From an uncultured Gemmatimonadales bacterium (GTDB taxonomy: Bacteria; Gemmatimonadota; Gemmatimonadetes; Gemmatimonadales; GWC2-71-9): DNA of 64,000 nucleotides. The stretch's first letter is position 1. The number at the start of each line of letters is the position of its first letter. The notes under the pieces were generated by a model, which was not told the DNA's origin, did no database searches, and saw only the letters and a list, made by a program, of their open reading frames with translations. Location: contig CAWJIM010000023.1 of NCBI GenBank assembly GCA_963842945.1, positions 160,001-224,000 of the forward strand, read 5' to 3'. Of the stretch, positions 33,959-44,763 are shown piece after piece. Position numbers and translations under genes: made by a program.

Positions 33959-35401
33959 TCAGAATGAGGTCTGGAAACGGGTGATCACGGCGGTTTCGGG
34001 CTCACGGTCTCCGGTGGTAGCCCCACCAGTGAACGTGGTGTGCTCGTAGTCGACCATGACCTTTACTGCCCGGGTAAAGTGCCAATTCACCCCAACACCG
34101 AAGGACTTCGCGTCCTGTACGCTGGTGGTCAGACTCGCGTAGGTGGGGAATGAGGCTGGGTCGAGCTTGAGTTCACCGTAGCGCGCCACCAGCTCGATGG
34201 CGCCAAACCCGCGACTACCCTCGGTGAGGTCAAACGGCTTCTTGATCGTCGGACTCTTGAAGCTGTTCTTCTCACCTGTAAGAAAGAACGAGCCCTCCGC
34301 CTGCCAAGCTTTGTGCTCCAGCTCGGCCACCGCACCCGCTTTATTGACGGTGCTGCGGGAGATGGTGTATTCCCCGAGGAGACCGAAGGGACCGCTATAG
34401 AAGTAGCCCTGAGGTGCTATGCGGATGCGCCTGCCGTCAGCGAATACGTTATTCGCCGGTGTGGTGGTGCTGCTGCCGTATTTAAAGAGCGTATTCTGGC
34501 CAGGAGTACGGTACGAAGGCAGCCCGGTACTGGTAATCGAGGCGCGTTCCAGGCCGGTGCTTCCCGCGATGCCAACTCCCAGGGGTCGGAAACTTCCCGA
34601 TTTGAACGGCTGAATGAAGACGCGAGCGGCGAAATCCTTAGCATCGCTCAGATCGTCGCCACCGTTGGCCAGGTCGGCCACTCCGTTGAACACGCCTGCC
34701 TGGTAGGCAAAGAGTCCCTCGGAAATGTCACCCGCGACCTGGAGGCCGATGTCGCGGCTGGGCACCAGGTTATTGGGAAGACCACGTTCGGCGAACATGA
34801 GATCCTGCGCCGACTGCAGTCGTTCGAGTCCGATCGGCGGCTTGAACTTGCCGGCGCGAACCGTGAATGCAGGGGTGAAGTTTCCGTCAAAGTAGGCATC
34901 GAAAATTGCCGGTGAGGTCCCTCCGAAGTCGGGCATCAAGCGAAACCCGAAGTACCGGCCGACGTAGCCTTCGAGGATTGGCCGAACCCGGCGGAGCAGC
35001 AGGTTGTCTGTTGCGGGAACAGCCTCGTCGCTGGCGAAAAACCTTCCATCGCCCTGGACATACCCCCGGAGCCGGAGGCTGTACTTGCCGTCGGCCGATT
35101 TGAGGCCGAAGCCATCCTTGGCGTTGGCGGTCACCGACTGCTTGTCCTTCGCGGCAGCAGCGGCGCTGTCCGCTGAGATCTCGTGTAACCGGTTCAGGAT
35201 CCGCACCTGCTGGTCAAGCTCTTCGACCCGTGCGGTGAGCGAGGCCATGGTGTCAGTGGGGGTACGAGCGCTGTCGCCCACCACACTGTTTCGCTCTGCC
35301 GTGGTGGCGACGTGCACGTCTTGCTGGGCCCACAGTTGTGGTACCCCACCGACAGCAATCAATGCCGCAAGGCCGATCGCGCGTGACTTCAGACCGCTCA
35401 T
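33959..35401 (-). CDS. OprO/OprP-family outer-membrane porin
   Basis: Signal peptide, coiled-coil N-terminus, [26 protein letters not shown], terminal Phe. Confidence 0.85.
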   Translation of the reverse strand: MSGLKSRAIGLAALIAVGGVPQLWAQQDVHVATTAERNSVVGDSARTPTDTMASLTARVEELDQQVRILNRLHEISADSAAAAAKDKQSVTANAKDGFGLKSADGKYSLRLRGYVQGDGRFFASDEAVPATDNLLLRRVRPILEGYVGRYFGFRLMPDFGGTSPAIFDAYFDGNFTPAFTVRAGKFKPPIGLERLQSAQDLMFAERGLPNNLVPSRDIGLQVAGDISEGLFAYQAGVFNGVADLANGGDDLSDAKDFAARVFIQPFKSGSFRPLGVGIAGSTGLERASITSTGLPSYRTPGQNTLFKYGSSTTTPANNVFADGRRIRIAPQGYFYSGPFGLLGEYTISRSTVNKAGAVAELEHKAWQAEGSFFLTGEKNSFKSPTIKKPFDLTEGSRGFGAIELVARYGELKLDPASFPTYASLTTSVQDAKSFGVGVNWHFTRAVKVMVDYEHTTFTGGATTGDREPETAVITRFQTSF

Positions 35402-35477
35402 CTTTCTCTCTCCCTGGCAACTGTTTAGGGCCGTTTCGCGATGCGTTCCCGGACCCGATCCGGAGACGCCGCAGACA

Positions 35478-35508
35478 ATAGTCTACTTACTCGATAGAGT
35501 AAATAGGC
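35478..35508. promoter_or_regulatory. Imperfect palindrome, candidate Rrf2 operator
   Basis: GTCTACTTACTC-gata-GAGTAAATAGGC (10/12 inverted match) in the AT-rich gap upstream of the porin-sbp-cysTWA operon. Confidence 0.5.
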
Positions 35509-35547
35509 AAGCGGCATGCCACGAGGCTATGAAGGGGAAAAGGCCTG

Positions 35548-35997
35548 CTAGAAGTCTGACGGAACGGGGGGAATGAGCTGGTCGACCTTGGCGCGCAGTG
35601 AAGCCAGGCTGGTGCCATCCAGGACCCGGGCGGTGGCGTCCCTCACTTCCTTCATGGCCAGGTGCACGCCGCACACTGCTTCGTTCTTGCAGTCGGCGCA
35701 GCGCTGGTAGGCGGTCTGGCTGGCGCAGGGAACCGGCGCGAGGGGCCCATCAAACATCCGGACCACCTGTCCCAGATAGATATCAGCCGGATCCCGGGCC
35801 AGCAGATAGCCTCCGCCCTTCCCTTTCCGGCTCCGCAGGAGTCCCTGGTTCTTGAGACCCAGCAGGATGAGCTCCAGAAATTTCGGCGGGATCTGCTCGG
35901 CCCGAGCCAGATCGGCGATGCGCACCGGCTCCTCGCCGTCATTGTCGGCGAGGGCCAGCAGCGCTTTGATGGCGTACTTGGCCTTCTTGGAGAGCAT
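35548..35997 (-). CDS. Rrf2-family transcriptional regulator
   Basis: KAKYAIKAL, IPPKFLELIL, SRKGKGGGYLLA, Cys cluster CASQTAYQRCADCKNEAVC. Confidence 0.93.
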   Translation of the reverse strand: MLSKKAKYAIKALLALADNDGEEPVRIADLARAEQIPPKFLELILLGLKNQGLLRSRKGKGGGYLLARDPADIYLGQVVRMFDGPLAPVPCASQTAYQRCADCKNEAVCGVHLAMKEVRDATARVLDGTSLASLRAKVDQLIPPVPSDF

Positions 35998-36136
35998 CGC
36001 CCGTGAAGTATAAACTGCCGTGGCATAGGACTAGCGGTTGGTGACTCCGGCAGACCTACCCAACAATAGCAGTAGATTCCGCCATTCACTCGAACGTTTC
36101 GGCCGGCGCCTTGGTCCCGGCCTGGGAGGAACTGTC

Positions 36137-36931
36137 ATGTGGCTTCTCTTGAAGCGCTTGCCGCTGCTCAGAGACCCGGCCGTGAGACGGCGGCTGAAGC
36201 TGCTGCCCGGAGTGCGACCGATCACCCAGGGGATACGGCGGACCCGGCGGCGGTACTATCGGAAATACGGGAGAAGACGGCTTCAGAAGCTGCTGGCCAA
36301 CACACCGCGGAAACGGCTGGTGATTGGAGCCTGGAGCCGGTACGATGAGGGCTGGATCCCGACCCAGCACGAGTTTCTCGACCTGACCAAGCCGGACGAC
36401 TGGGCGCACTTCTTTCAGCCCGACTCTATCGAGGCCATGCTGGCCGAGCACGTGTGGGAGCACATCACGCCCGAAGAAGGATTGGAGGCGGCCAAGACCT
36501 GCTATCGGTATCTCCGCCCCGGCGGCTACTTCCGAGTAGCCGTTCCGGACGGCCTGCATCCGGATCCGGAATACATCGAGACGGTGAAGGTCGGAGTACC
36601 TGGAGTTGAGGCCGGGATCAGCGCCGCTGCTTCGACCGCCATCACTCCCGAGCTGCACGGCAATGCGGCCAACCACAAGGCGCTGTACACCTATCGCAGC
36701 CTGAAGGAGCTGTTCGAGGCCGCCGGGTTTCGGGTTACTCTCTACGAATATTTCGACGAAGCCGGCCAGTTTCACTCCGAAGAATGGAACCGGGAGCTAG
36801 GTACTATCTGGCGCTCCAAGCGGTTCGACCCCCGGAACAAGACCGGCCAGCTGACCAGCGTGTATCCCGGCACCCTGGGCGACTACCTGAGCTACTCGTC
36901 GATCATCCTGGACGCGGTTAAGGATCGCTGA
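36137..36931 (+). CDS. SAM-dependent methyltransferase-like protein with basic N-terminus
   Basis: AMLAEHVWEH, YLRPGGYFRVAVPD; GGAGG RBS before ATG 36137. Confidence 0.75.
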   Translation: MWLLLKRLPLLRDPAVRRRLKLLPGVRPITQGIRRTRRRYYRKYGRRRLQKLLANTPRKRLVIGAWSRYDEGWIPTQHEFLDLTKPDDWAHFFQPDSIEAMLAEHVWEHITPEEGLEAAKTCYRYLRPGGYFRVAVPDGLHPDPEYIETVKVGVPGVEAGISAAASTAITPELHGNAANHKALYTYRSLKELFEAAGFRVTLYEYFDEAGQFHSEEWNRELGTIWRSKRFDPRNKTGQLTSVYPGTLGDYLSYSSIILDAVKDR

Positions 36932-36937
36932 TAAGGC

Positions 36938-36968
36938 AAGAAAAAGGGCCGCCCAACCGGACGGCCCT
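36938..36968 (-). terminator. Intrinsic terminator after cysD
   Basis: Minus strand AGGGCCGUCC-GGUU-GGGCGGCCCU followed by a U-rich tract. Confidence 0.8.
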
Positions 36969-36990
36969 CCTGCGCAGCCACCGCAGTTTC

Positions 36991-37914
36991 TCACATGTAC
37001 CCGTCCCGCCGAAGTGTCTCCAACCCACCACCGCCTTCCTTGTCCTGCGCCCGGCCCGAGCGTTCGGCGATGTTGGCGAACTTTCCGGTCTGCAGCTCCA
37101 AAATGATGTCGTCCACGTTGCGAGCTTCGGACTCCACCGAGTTGGTGCAGGTGTAGCAGCCCAGGGAACGGAAGCGCTTGCCGTCGCCCTGATTGTAGTA
37201 GAGCGAGACAGTCGGGATCTGCTCCCGGCGGATGTATTCCCAGATGTTGAGCTCGGTCCAGTCGAGCAGCGGGTGAATCCGCAGATGGGTGCCCGGGGCA
37301 AAATCCGTCTTGTACTGGTTCCAGAACTCCGGCGGCTGGTCCCCGACATCCCACTGCGACTGTGCCGTGCGAGGCGAGAAGTACCGCTCCTTGGAGCGGC
37401 TGCCTTCCTCGTCGGCCCGGGCCCCCACGATGACCCCGGTGAACGGCTCGGTGTTGCGGTCGAGCTCATACACCTTCTTGGCGTGGTTCAGCCGATATCG
37501 CGGCCACTCCCCGCTGAGCGTGTGCTTGAGCGCATCGGTCTTGAGAGCCTTGCAGCAGGCGATCCGGTCCACGGCTCCATGGGGGAAGGTGCGCTTCTCC
37601 TCCAGCGCCTGGCGATTCTGCCCATAGATCATGGTCAGGTTCCACTCCAACGCCAGCCGGTCGCGATACTCGATCATCTCGGGAATCTTGAACGAGGTGT
37701 CGATGTGGATCAGCGGAATCGGTACGTGGCCGAAGAACGCCTTCCGCGCGAGCCAGAGGAGGACCGTGCTGTCCTTTCCAATGGACCAGAGCATGCCGAG
37801 GTTCTTGAAGTTGGCATACGCCTCCCGGAGAATGTGCACGCTCCGGTTTTCCAGCTGGTCCAGATGATCCATGCTGCCAACATGCGGAGCTGCTTCCATC
37901 AGAGTTGCTTCCAT
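36991..37914 (-). CDS. cysD: Sulfate adenylyltransferase subunit 2
   Basis: [52 protein letters not shown]. Confidence 0.95.
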   Translation of the reverse strand: MEATLMEAAPHVGSMDHLDQLENRSVHILREAYANFKNLGMLWSIGKDSTVLLWLARKAFFGHVPIPLIHIDTSFKIPEMIEYRDRLALEWNLTMIYGQNRQALEEKRTFPHGAVDRIACCKALKTDALKHTLSGEWPRYRLNHAKKVYELDRNTEPFTGVIVGARADEEGSRSKERYFSPRTAQSQWDVGDQPPEFWNQYKTDFAPGTHLRIHPLLDWTELNIWEYIRREQIPTVSLYYNQGDGKRFRSLGCYTCTNSVESEARNVDDIILELQTGKFANIAERSGRAQDKEGGGGLETLRRDGYM

Positions 37915-38501
37915 GAGCGTTGGTCCTCGAAAAGTGCCAGTACCTGGTTGACTGACTGTTCCACACTGAGGGCGCGGGTGTCGAGGCTCAGCTCGGGATG
38001 CTCGGGAACCTCATAGGGATCGTCGATCCCGGTAAAATTCCGGATCTCGCCCCGTCTGGCCCGGGCATAAAGCCCCTTCACATCCCGACGCTCACACTCG
38101 TCTAGCGGAGTAGCCACGTAGATCTCGGCGAACCTGGGACACAGCGCCCGGATGAAGTCGCGAGACTCGCGATAGGGCGATACGAGCGACGCGACAACCG
38201 TCACTCCATGCGCCGCCAGCCGGCTCGCCATATACCCGGTGCGGCGCAGGTGCTCCTCCCGCTGCTCCCGGGTAAACCCGGTCTGCGGGAACACCTCACG
38301 GAGCGCGTCGCCATCGATGTACTCGACATCCAAACCTCGGCGCAGCAGCTCCTGATGCACCCGGGTGGCGATGGTGCTCTTGCCCGACCCCGACAGACCG
38401 GTGAACCACAGCACGGGCGCCGTCGGCCGAGTTCCGTCCGCCGGATCGATCGTCTGGCCGGAACCAGCGGGCGTTCGTACGTCGTAGGCGTGCGGTCTCA
38501 C
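37899..38501 (-). CDS. cysC: Adenylylsulfate (APS) kinase
   Basis: [44 protein letters not shown]. Confidence 0.96.
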   Translation of the reverse strand: MRPHAYDVRTPAGSGQTIDPADGTRPTAPVLWFTGLSGSGKSTIATRVHQELLRRGLDVEYIDGDALREVFPQTGFTREQREEHLRRTGYMASRLAAHGVTVVASLVSPYRESRDFIRALCPRFAEIYVATPLDECERRDVKGLYARARRGEIRNFTGIDDPYEVPEHPELSLDTRALSVEQSVNQVLALFEDQRSWKQL

Positions 38502-39260
38502 AGCCCGATCACGAAGCTGGTGTTCCGCAGATCCGGCTTGTTGTAGGTGAGCGGCGACTGCCGCTCCCCTTCAGAACCCGATTGCCGATAGACGCAGTCA
38601 CCTGCGGCCACATCCCATTCCATGGTAGGCCCCAGGCGGGGGTAGACATCGGCCCGGCCTTCGGCCACCCAGCAAAATTTGAGCGAGCTGCCGGCTTTCA
38701 CTCGTCGGGCGACCGGAATGGTTTTCAGGTACTGCTCCAGCTCGTCTGAGGGATGCGAGAGACTCTCCACCACCGTCAACGGAGTACCAGGAGCGGGGGG
38801 CCTGGAGTAGATCCGCTCCGGCGCGCCGCCTCGCTCCTCTTTCCACGCGCCCTCACCCTTAACCGCCCAGTACAGAAGCTCGAGCGCAGGGGCCAGTACC
38901 ACACCGAGCACCGGCTCGCCATTCTCGATCAACGCCACGTTGACCGTGAACTCGGCTCTCCGCTTGATGAATTCCTTGGTGCCGTCCAGCGGATCAACCA
39001 ACCAGAAGCGATGCCAGCTTTGCCTGCGATCGAACGAGGCCGCCTCCGCCTCCTCAGAGACCACCGGTGTTCCCGGATCCAGTCGCTCCAGTCCCTGAAC
39101 CAGAATCTCGTGAGCGACCTCGTCGGCCAGGGTGACCGGGACTGCGGTCGTCCTTTTCCCTCACGCCGGCCGCTACGCCGGTGTCATAGTAGGCCATCGT
39201 GGCTCGGCCGGCCTCGCGGGCGAGGCTGGGAACGGCGGACCGCAGCTCAGGCGTTACCAT
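38498..39260 (-). CDS. cysQ: 3'(2'),5'-bisphosphate nucleotidase (frameshifted)
   Basis: SEE, WLVDPLDGTKEF, GSSLKFC, PTMEWDVAAG. Confidence 0.95.
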
Positions 39261-41025
39261 GGCCGGAAGATGATCCCCTTGTCCTGCAGGTGCGACTTCA
39301 GGCTGTCCACCGCCTCCGGCACCGCTCCGCCCGGCAGGTGAAGGTCGCAGGCCAGGTCGGTGGTGATGATGTCGCCGGCCCAGACGGTCTCGATCCAGTC
39401 GGGCTGAACCGCGGTCTTGATGACTTCCAGGTCTTCCTGGGTCAGCTCCGCGGCCGCCACGATGAGGATGATGCCGGCATCCAGCATCAGGTTGGCCACC
39501 TCACCCAGACGCCGCATGTGCTCCAGCCGGTTTTCCTGCTTCCGGCCGATGTCGGCGTCCACCCCGTAGAGCACGTTCCCGATGCCCAGGAAGTAGACCA
39601 CCTTCCCGTCCTCGAACAGCTTTCCTTCCAGCGCCTTGGCCACGCTCTTTCGCTCGGCCTCGTCTTCTCCGGTCACCAGAATGAGCGCCGCCTTCTGATT
39701 GTACTTCTCGGCCCTCCGCTCCGGCTGGATGAAGCTCGGCTCCCACTTGTAATTGCGGAGGAGTACCCGATCGCGCACCGCGGACTGCCGATCGGGCAGC
39801 GCCTCGCGCACGATGCCCCCACCGCGGATCTCGAAATCGTCTACGATCACGAACCGGCTGGTCGCGGCGACATCCTCGGCCAGGTCACAGGCGATGGCCC
39901 GATCCAGCTTGAGCACGCACTCGGCGACATCGTGCCGCTGAATGACGTTCTTCTGCGTGGCATCGAGGGTCGAGGCGTCCATTACGCGCAGGATCTCCTC
40001 CACCCGGCAGACCACGCGGGCCGTGCCCAGCTTGAGCAGATATTCCTTGCGCTTGATCATCGGCTCTTTGCCCAGCCAGAAGAGGCTCACCCGGAGCCGG
40101 GTAGACATCTGAGGGCGAGGCTGAGATTCCAGCGTCGCCATCTCTCCCCGGGTGATGTAGATCTGCTCCTGGAGGGTGAACCCGACGGCCATACCGGCGC
40201 TGGCCTGGGTCTGCGGAGGGCGGTTGAACGCCTCGATGCTCTTGACCCGGCTCTTCTTTCCCGAGGGATAGAAGATGACCGAATCGCCTACGTTGAGCGT
40301 ACCGGAGTCGATGGTGCCTGCGACGATGCGCCGGTCATCGCCCTGCTTGGTGAACTTGTAGACGTCCTGCACCGGCATCCGGAACGGGCGCTCAACCGGA
40401 GCCGGCGCGCTGCGGAATGCATCCAGCGCTTCCAGCACCGTGGGTCCCTGATACCAGGGCAGTGCTCGGACCGGTCCGCGATGTTGTCGCCGCCCCGAGC
40501 CGAGACCGGAATGAAGCAGGCGGGTCGGATGCCGACCTGATCGAGGAACGCGCCATATTCCTGGACGATTCCCTGGTACACGGCGCGGTCCCAGCCAACC
40601 AGATCCATCTTGTTGACGACCACAGCGAGCTGGCGAATGCCGAGCAGCGACATCATGTAGCCATGGCGGCGGGAATTCTCCTGTACCCCTTCGGCCGCGT
40701 CGATCACCAGCAGCGCAGCCTCGGCCCGGGCGGCACCCGTGATCATGTTCTTGAGGAACTCGATGTGGCCCGGGGCATCGAGAATCAGATAGTGCCGCTG
40801 CTGGCTCTTGAAGAACACCCGGGCGGCATCGATGGTGATGCCCTGGGCCTGCTCGTCCTTCAGGGCATCGAGCAGGAAGGCATACTCGAAAGGCTTCGAG
40901 TTCAGCTCGCACTGGGTGCGAACCTGCTCCAGCTTCCCTTCGGGAAGCGAGTGGGTGTCGGCCAGCAGCCGGCCTATGACGGTGCTCTTGCCGTGATCGA
41001 CGTGGCCGACGATCACGATGTTCAT
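39254..41025 (-). CDS. cysN: Sulfate adenylyltransferase subunit 1 (GTPase) with degenerate C-terminal APS-kinase-like domain (frameshifted)
   Basis: [41 protein letters not shown]. Confidence 0.93.
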
Positions 41026-41233
41026 CCGCTGCTGCCCTTCGGGCCTGGACGCTGCCGTGGTCGACGGTCGAGTTGAGACAGAGTGCCCGTCAGACGTGCC
41101 TCCGTGGGTTGTTCAGTTCCGTCGCGCGGCTATGGCCGCGCGGCAAGTAAGCCAGATCACGAAACCCGACGCTCTTTTGTGCGAAAGCGGCGGGTAGGCC
41201 GCCGCTTTCAGAGAATGCAGGGACAGCGACGGG

Positions 41234-43705
41234 TTACTGCTCCTCTACCGCGTAATCGTAGGGGTAGTAGTAATCTCCGTACTGCGAGACCTCGCCACCC
41301 GGATCGTTGAGCACCGTACCCACGACACGGGCGCCCACGTTGACCAGCTGCTGGTGCGCCCGCTTGGCCGCGACCCGGTCGGTCTGCCCCGCCCGCACCA
41401 CGAGCAGCACCCCATCGGCGAGCGAGCGAGGATTCCGGCATCGGCCGTGGCCAGCACCGGCGGCGTATCCAGGATGACTAGGTCGAAGCTCTTGGCCAGC
41501 TCCTGGAGCAGCACCCGCATCCGAACGCCGCTCAGGAGATTGGACGCGTTGGTCGGCAAGGCCCCGCAGGTCAGCAGCGAGAGGCCTCTCACCGTTGTGG
41601 GCCGGACGACGTCGGTAACAGCACGACCGGACTCGGTTCGCCCGATCCCGGGATCGAAGCTGAGCGAATCGCCGGCATCGTTCGCATTGTATGCAGGGGT
41701 CAGAGAGCTCCATGAGGCCGGGGGCGCGGGGCACCTGGAAGAGCCCATGCAAATCGGGCCGGCGCACGTCGCAGTCGATCAGGAGCACCCGCAGGCCATC
41801 GTAGGCAAACGTGACCGACAGATTGGCCGCGGTGAGGGTCTTCCCTTCGCCCGGGGCCGCGCTGGTGATGACCAGCGTCTTCATGTTGTCGCCCTGCTCG
41901 CACCAGACCAGGCTGGTGCGCAGCATCCTGAACGCCTCGAGCGCCGACCGAGAAAGGCTGAGACACCGTGCCCAGCGCGTGGAGCGTTGCTCCTTGGATC
42001 CAGCTCGGCCTTCTTGCCGGGACCGAGCAGACCACCCAACCGGCGGAGCCGGCTGGCCGAGCCCGTGAGCCGAGGAATGACGGCCAGACCGGGGACATTC
42101 AGCGCGAGCTCGAGATCCTCCGGTCGGCGAATGGAGGTGTTCATTGTCTCCAGAAGGAACGCGCCGCCCAGGCCCGAGCAGGAAGCCGAGCAGCAGACCC
42201 AAGTGCGAGCTTGAGCGAGGCGGTGGCCAGATCGGCGCGTAGGGAGTGTCAGCCAGATTGACGATATCCACGTCGCCCGCTTCTACCTCCTCCGCCATCC
42301 GGGCCTTCTGATAGTCCTGCCGGACCTGATCGCTGGTGGAGGTCAGGGTCTGGACCCTCGCGTTCAACCGAGCTTCCTCTTCGGCCATGGCCGGCAAGCA
42401 GTCTGGAGCGAGCGCCGCGCTGGGATCGCGGAGGTCTCCGAGTGCGGCGATCCGCGCGTCCAGCGTAGAGACGTGACTTGCCACCGCCTGCCGCAGCTGG
42501 CCCTTGGTGGAAGTGATGAGGCTCTTGAGCTGGATCAGATCGGGGTTGGTCGGGGCGGCCCGCCAGGGCCCGGTGGTCATGGAGTCGAGCCGGTACTGAT
42601 AGGTGCTCGAGCTGCCGGTAGTAGTTGCTGACCGTCGGGTTATCGGCCAGGGCCGGAGACGAGGCCAAGGCCCGGAGGGCCTCGGACTCCCCGGCAGTCC
42701 CCGCCTTTCTTGAGCTGCGCCATCAGGGCGGCGAAGGTGGTCCGATCGGCCTCGAGCTCGCTTCGGCGGGCGTCCAGCGCCATCATGGAGGTCTGCTGGG
42801 CGTCCAGCGCGTTCTGAGAGCTGGCCAGCTGCTGCCGGCTACGGAACGAGGCCAGCTCGGCCTGCGCCCGGGCCAGCATGCTGTCGGTCTGCCGCAGCTG
42901 CGCCTCGAGGAATTGACGGCGCCGGATCGACTTCTCCTTGGCATCCTGAATGCTGAGCTGCTTGAACGTGTTGACCGCCGTATTCACCACCCGCTGCGCG
43001 CGTGCGGGGGTTCCCCGACGTATAGCGAGATGTCGATCACGTCGGTACCGGCTCTCGGAGCCACAACCAGGCTCTTCAACAGCTCGTCGATGGCCACCTC
43101 GCGGGGCGCGACGTAGAGGGTGGCGCTGGGCACGTCGGGGACTTCGGTGACCGCAAACCGTAGCGATTCCGAGGTCGAGAACCTGCCCGTAGCGGGCCCG
43201 CGCCTCACGATTAGGCAGTCGGCCTTGACCCCGTTCTGGTAGAAGGTCACCTGAATGGTGTCGCCGCGAGCCGCGGGGTTGACCCACACCTGCTCCAGCC
43301 GGGCCGCGCCGAATTCCGGAGTCAGCGACTTCAGCTGCAGACCCAGCGAGTCCACGACCGCCTCCGATGACGCTGTAGCTTCGGACCAGCTGCGCCAGGG
43401 ACAGGAACGGGTCCGCGGTGCGGGGAAGCTGCGGCTCGGGAGTCTCGATCTCGCCGGTGAGCGACTGCCGCTCGCCTGCCAGCCGAATCGTGGCGACCGC
43501 CCGGTAGGTGGCGGGCGACTTAGGCCAGGTAGATACCCGCACCCAGTCCGAGCAGCGTCAGCACCAGAACCAGGCGATACCGCCGGCGGAGGACGCCGAA
43601 GATCTGGCCCAGCGAAATCGAGTCGCCGGCCGGCCGCTCGAAGGGAACCTCGCCCGGAGGCATGCCGGAAGGGAGCTGGCGAACTGGAGGATAGTACTCT
43701 GGCAT
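41234..43705 (-). CDS. Wzc-type polysaccharide co-polymerase / BY-kinase (multiple frameshifts)
   Basis: N-terminal TM, coiled coil, EAFRMLRTSL, Walker A APGEGKT, IDCDVRRP, DTPP, Tyr cluster YGDYYYPYDY. Confidence 0.92.
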
Positions 43706-43708
43706 CTG

Positions 43709-44378
43709 TTATGGGTTCCTGTTGGCCCGATCGATCAGGAGGTAAATGGACGCAACCGACCCGACGACGCTCAGGCCCGGCAGGAAGATGTCCCGAAAGA
43801 AAGACCTTCGGCGATCGACCACGATCTGATCCCCGGAGTGAACTCGCAGAGAAAGATTGGCCTTGGATGGCTCGGAGAGATTGACGTAGAACTCACGCTG
43901 CGCTTGACCGGTACCCTCACGCCGCAAGATCCGAATGTGATCGCGGTTGGCAAACTGGGTGGGTCCACCCGCCTGCGCCACGGCCTCACCGATCGTGGTT
44001 TCCGGCCTCACGGCAAACACCTGGGGACGCCCCACCTCACCAGAGATGGCAATTCGGATCAGGGGCTCGACCACAAATTGGGGATCCTGCTCGAACCGGC
44101 CAAGGAAGGCACGAACATTCGTCTGGGCGGTAGTAAAGGGAATGCCTCCGACCCGGACCGCCTGGTACAGCGGGTGGGTGATGGTGCCGTCGGCCCTACA
44201 ATGAAATCGCCGCTCATCTCCGGCTTGCGCCACACCACGATCCGGACTGAATCGCCGGGGGCCAGAACGACCTGTTCGGGCGGAAGCGGCGAGCCTGGCG
44301 CCCTGGCGCTGCGGCCCTGCTGGAGAAGACCAGGAACGCCAGCAACGGGGGCAGGGATCGGAGGAGCAGATTTCGCAT
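43709..44378 (-). CDS. Polysaccharide export protein (Wza/SLBB-like; frameshifted)
   Basis: LAPGDSVRIVVWRKPEMSGDF, GEVGRP, AVAQAGG, GDQIVV, amphipathic C-terminal helix. Confidence 0.85.
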
Positions 44379-44714
44379 AGACCTCAGTAGGAGTCGAAGA
44401 CTCACAGACCCTCAAACTGGACCGGCTCAGTTCAGATACAGCCGCCGCCGGGGGCGCACGATCTATGCCTTTATGCGGCATGGGTATGGCCGAGCGGCGG
44501 CCCGGAGCGTAAGGCAATGTATCAGCATTGCTTCTGACGTGCAGTGAGGCTTTGGGACGGGGAGAAATCAGCCGCGGGAACGGCGGGTGCAGTCCAGATG
44601 GTAGGGGGGTCAACAACGCTCGGCACAGCCCTGTAGCGCCTCTCCAACACCTACTACAAATCAAGGCCAAGGGCTGACCCATCCGGACCGAGGTGACACC
44701 GACCACAGCGGTAT

Positions 44715-44749
44715 AAAAAACGACCGGAGGGGTGCCCCTCCGGTCGTTT
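44715..44749 (-). terminator. Intrinsic terminator (possibly bidirectional)
   Basis: aaaaaa-CGACCGGAGGG-loop-CCCTCCGGTCG-ttt. Confidence 0.85.
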
Positions 44750-44763
44750 ACTGCTTACTCTGC

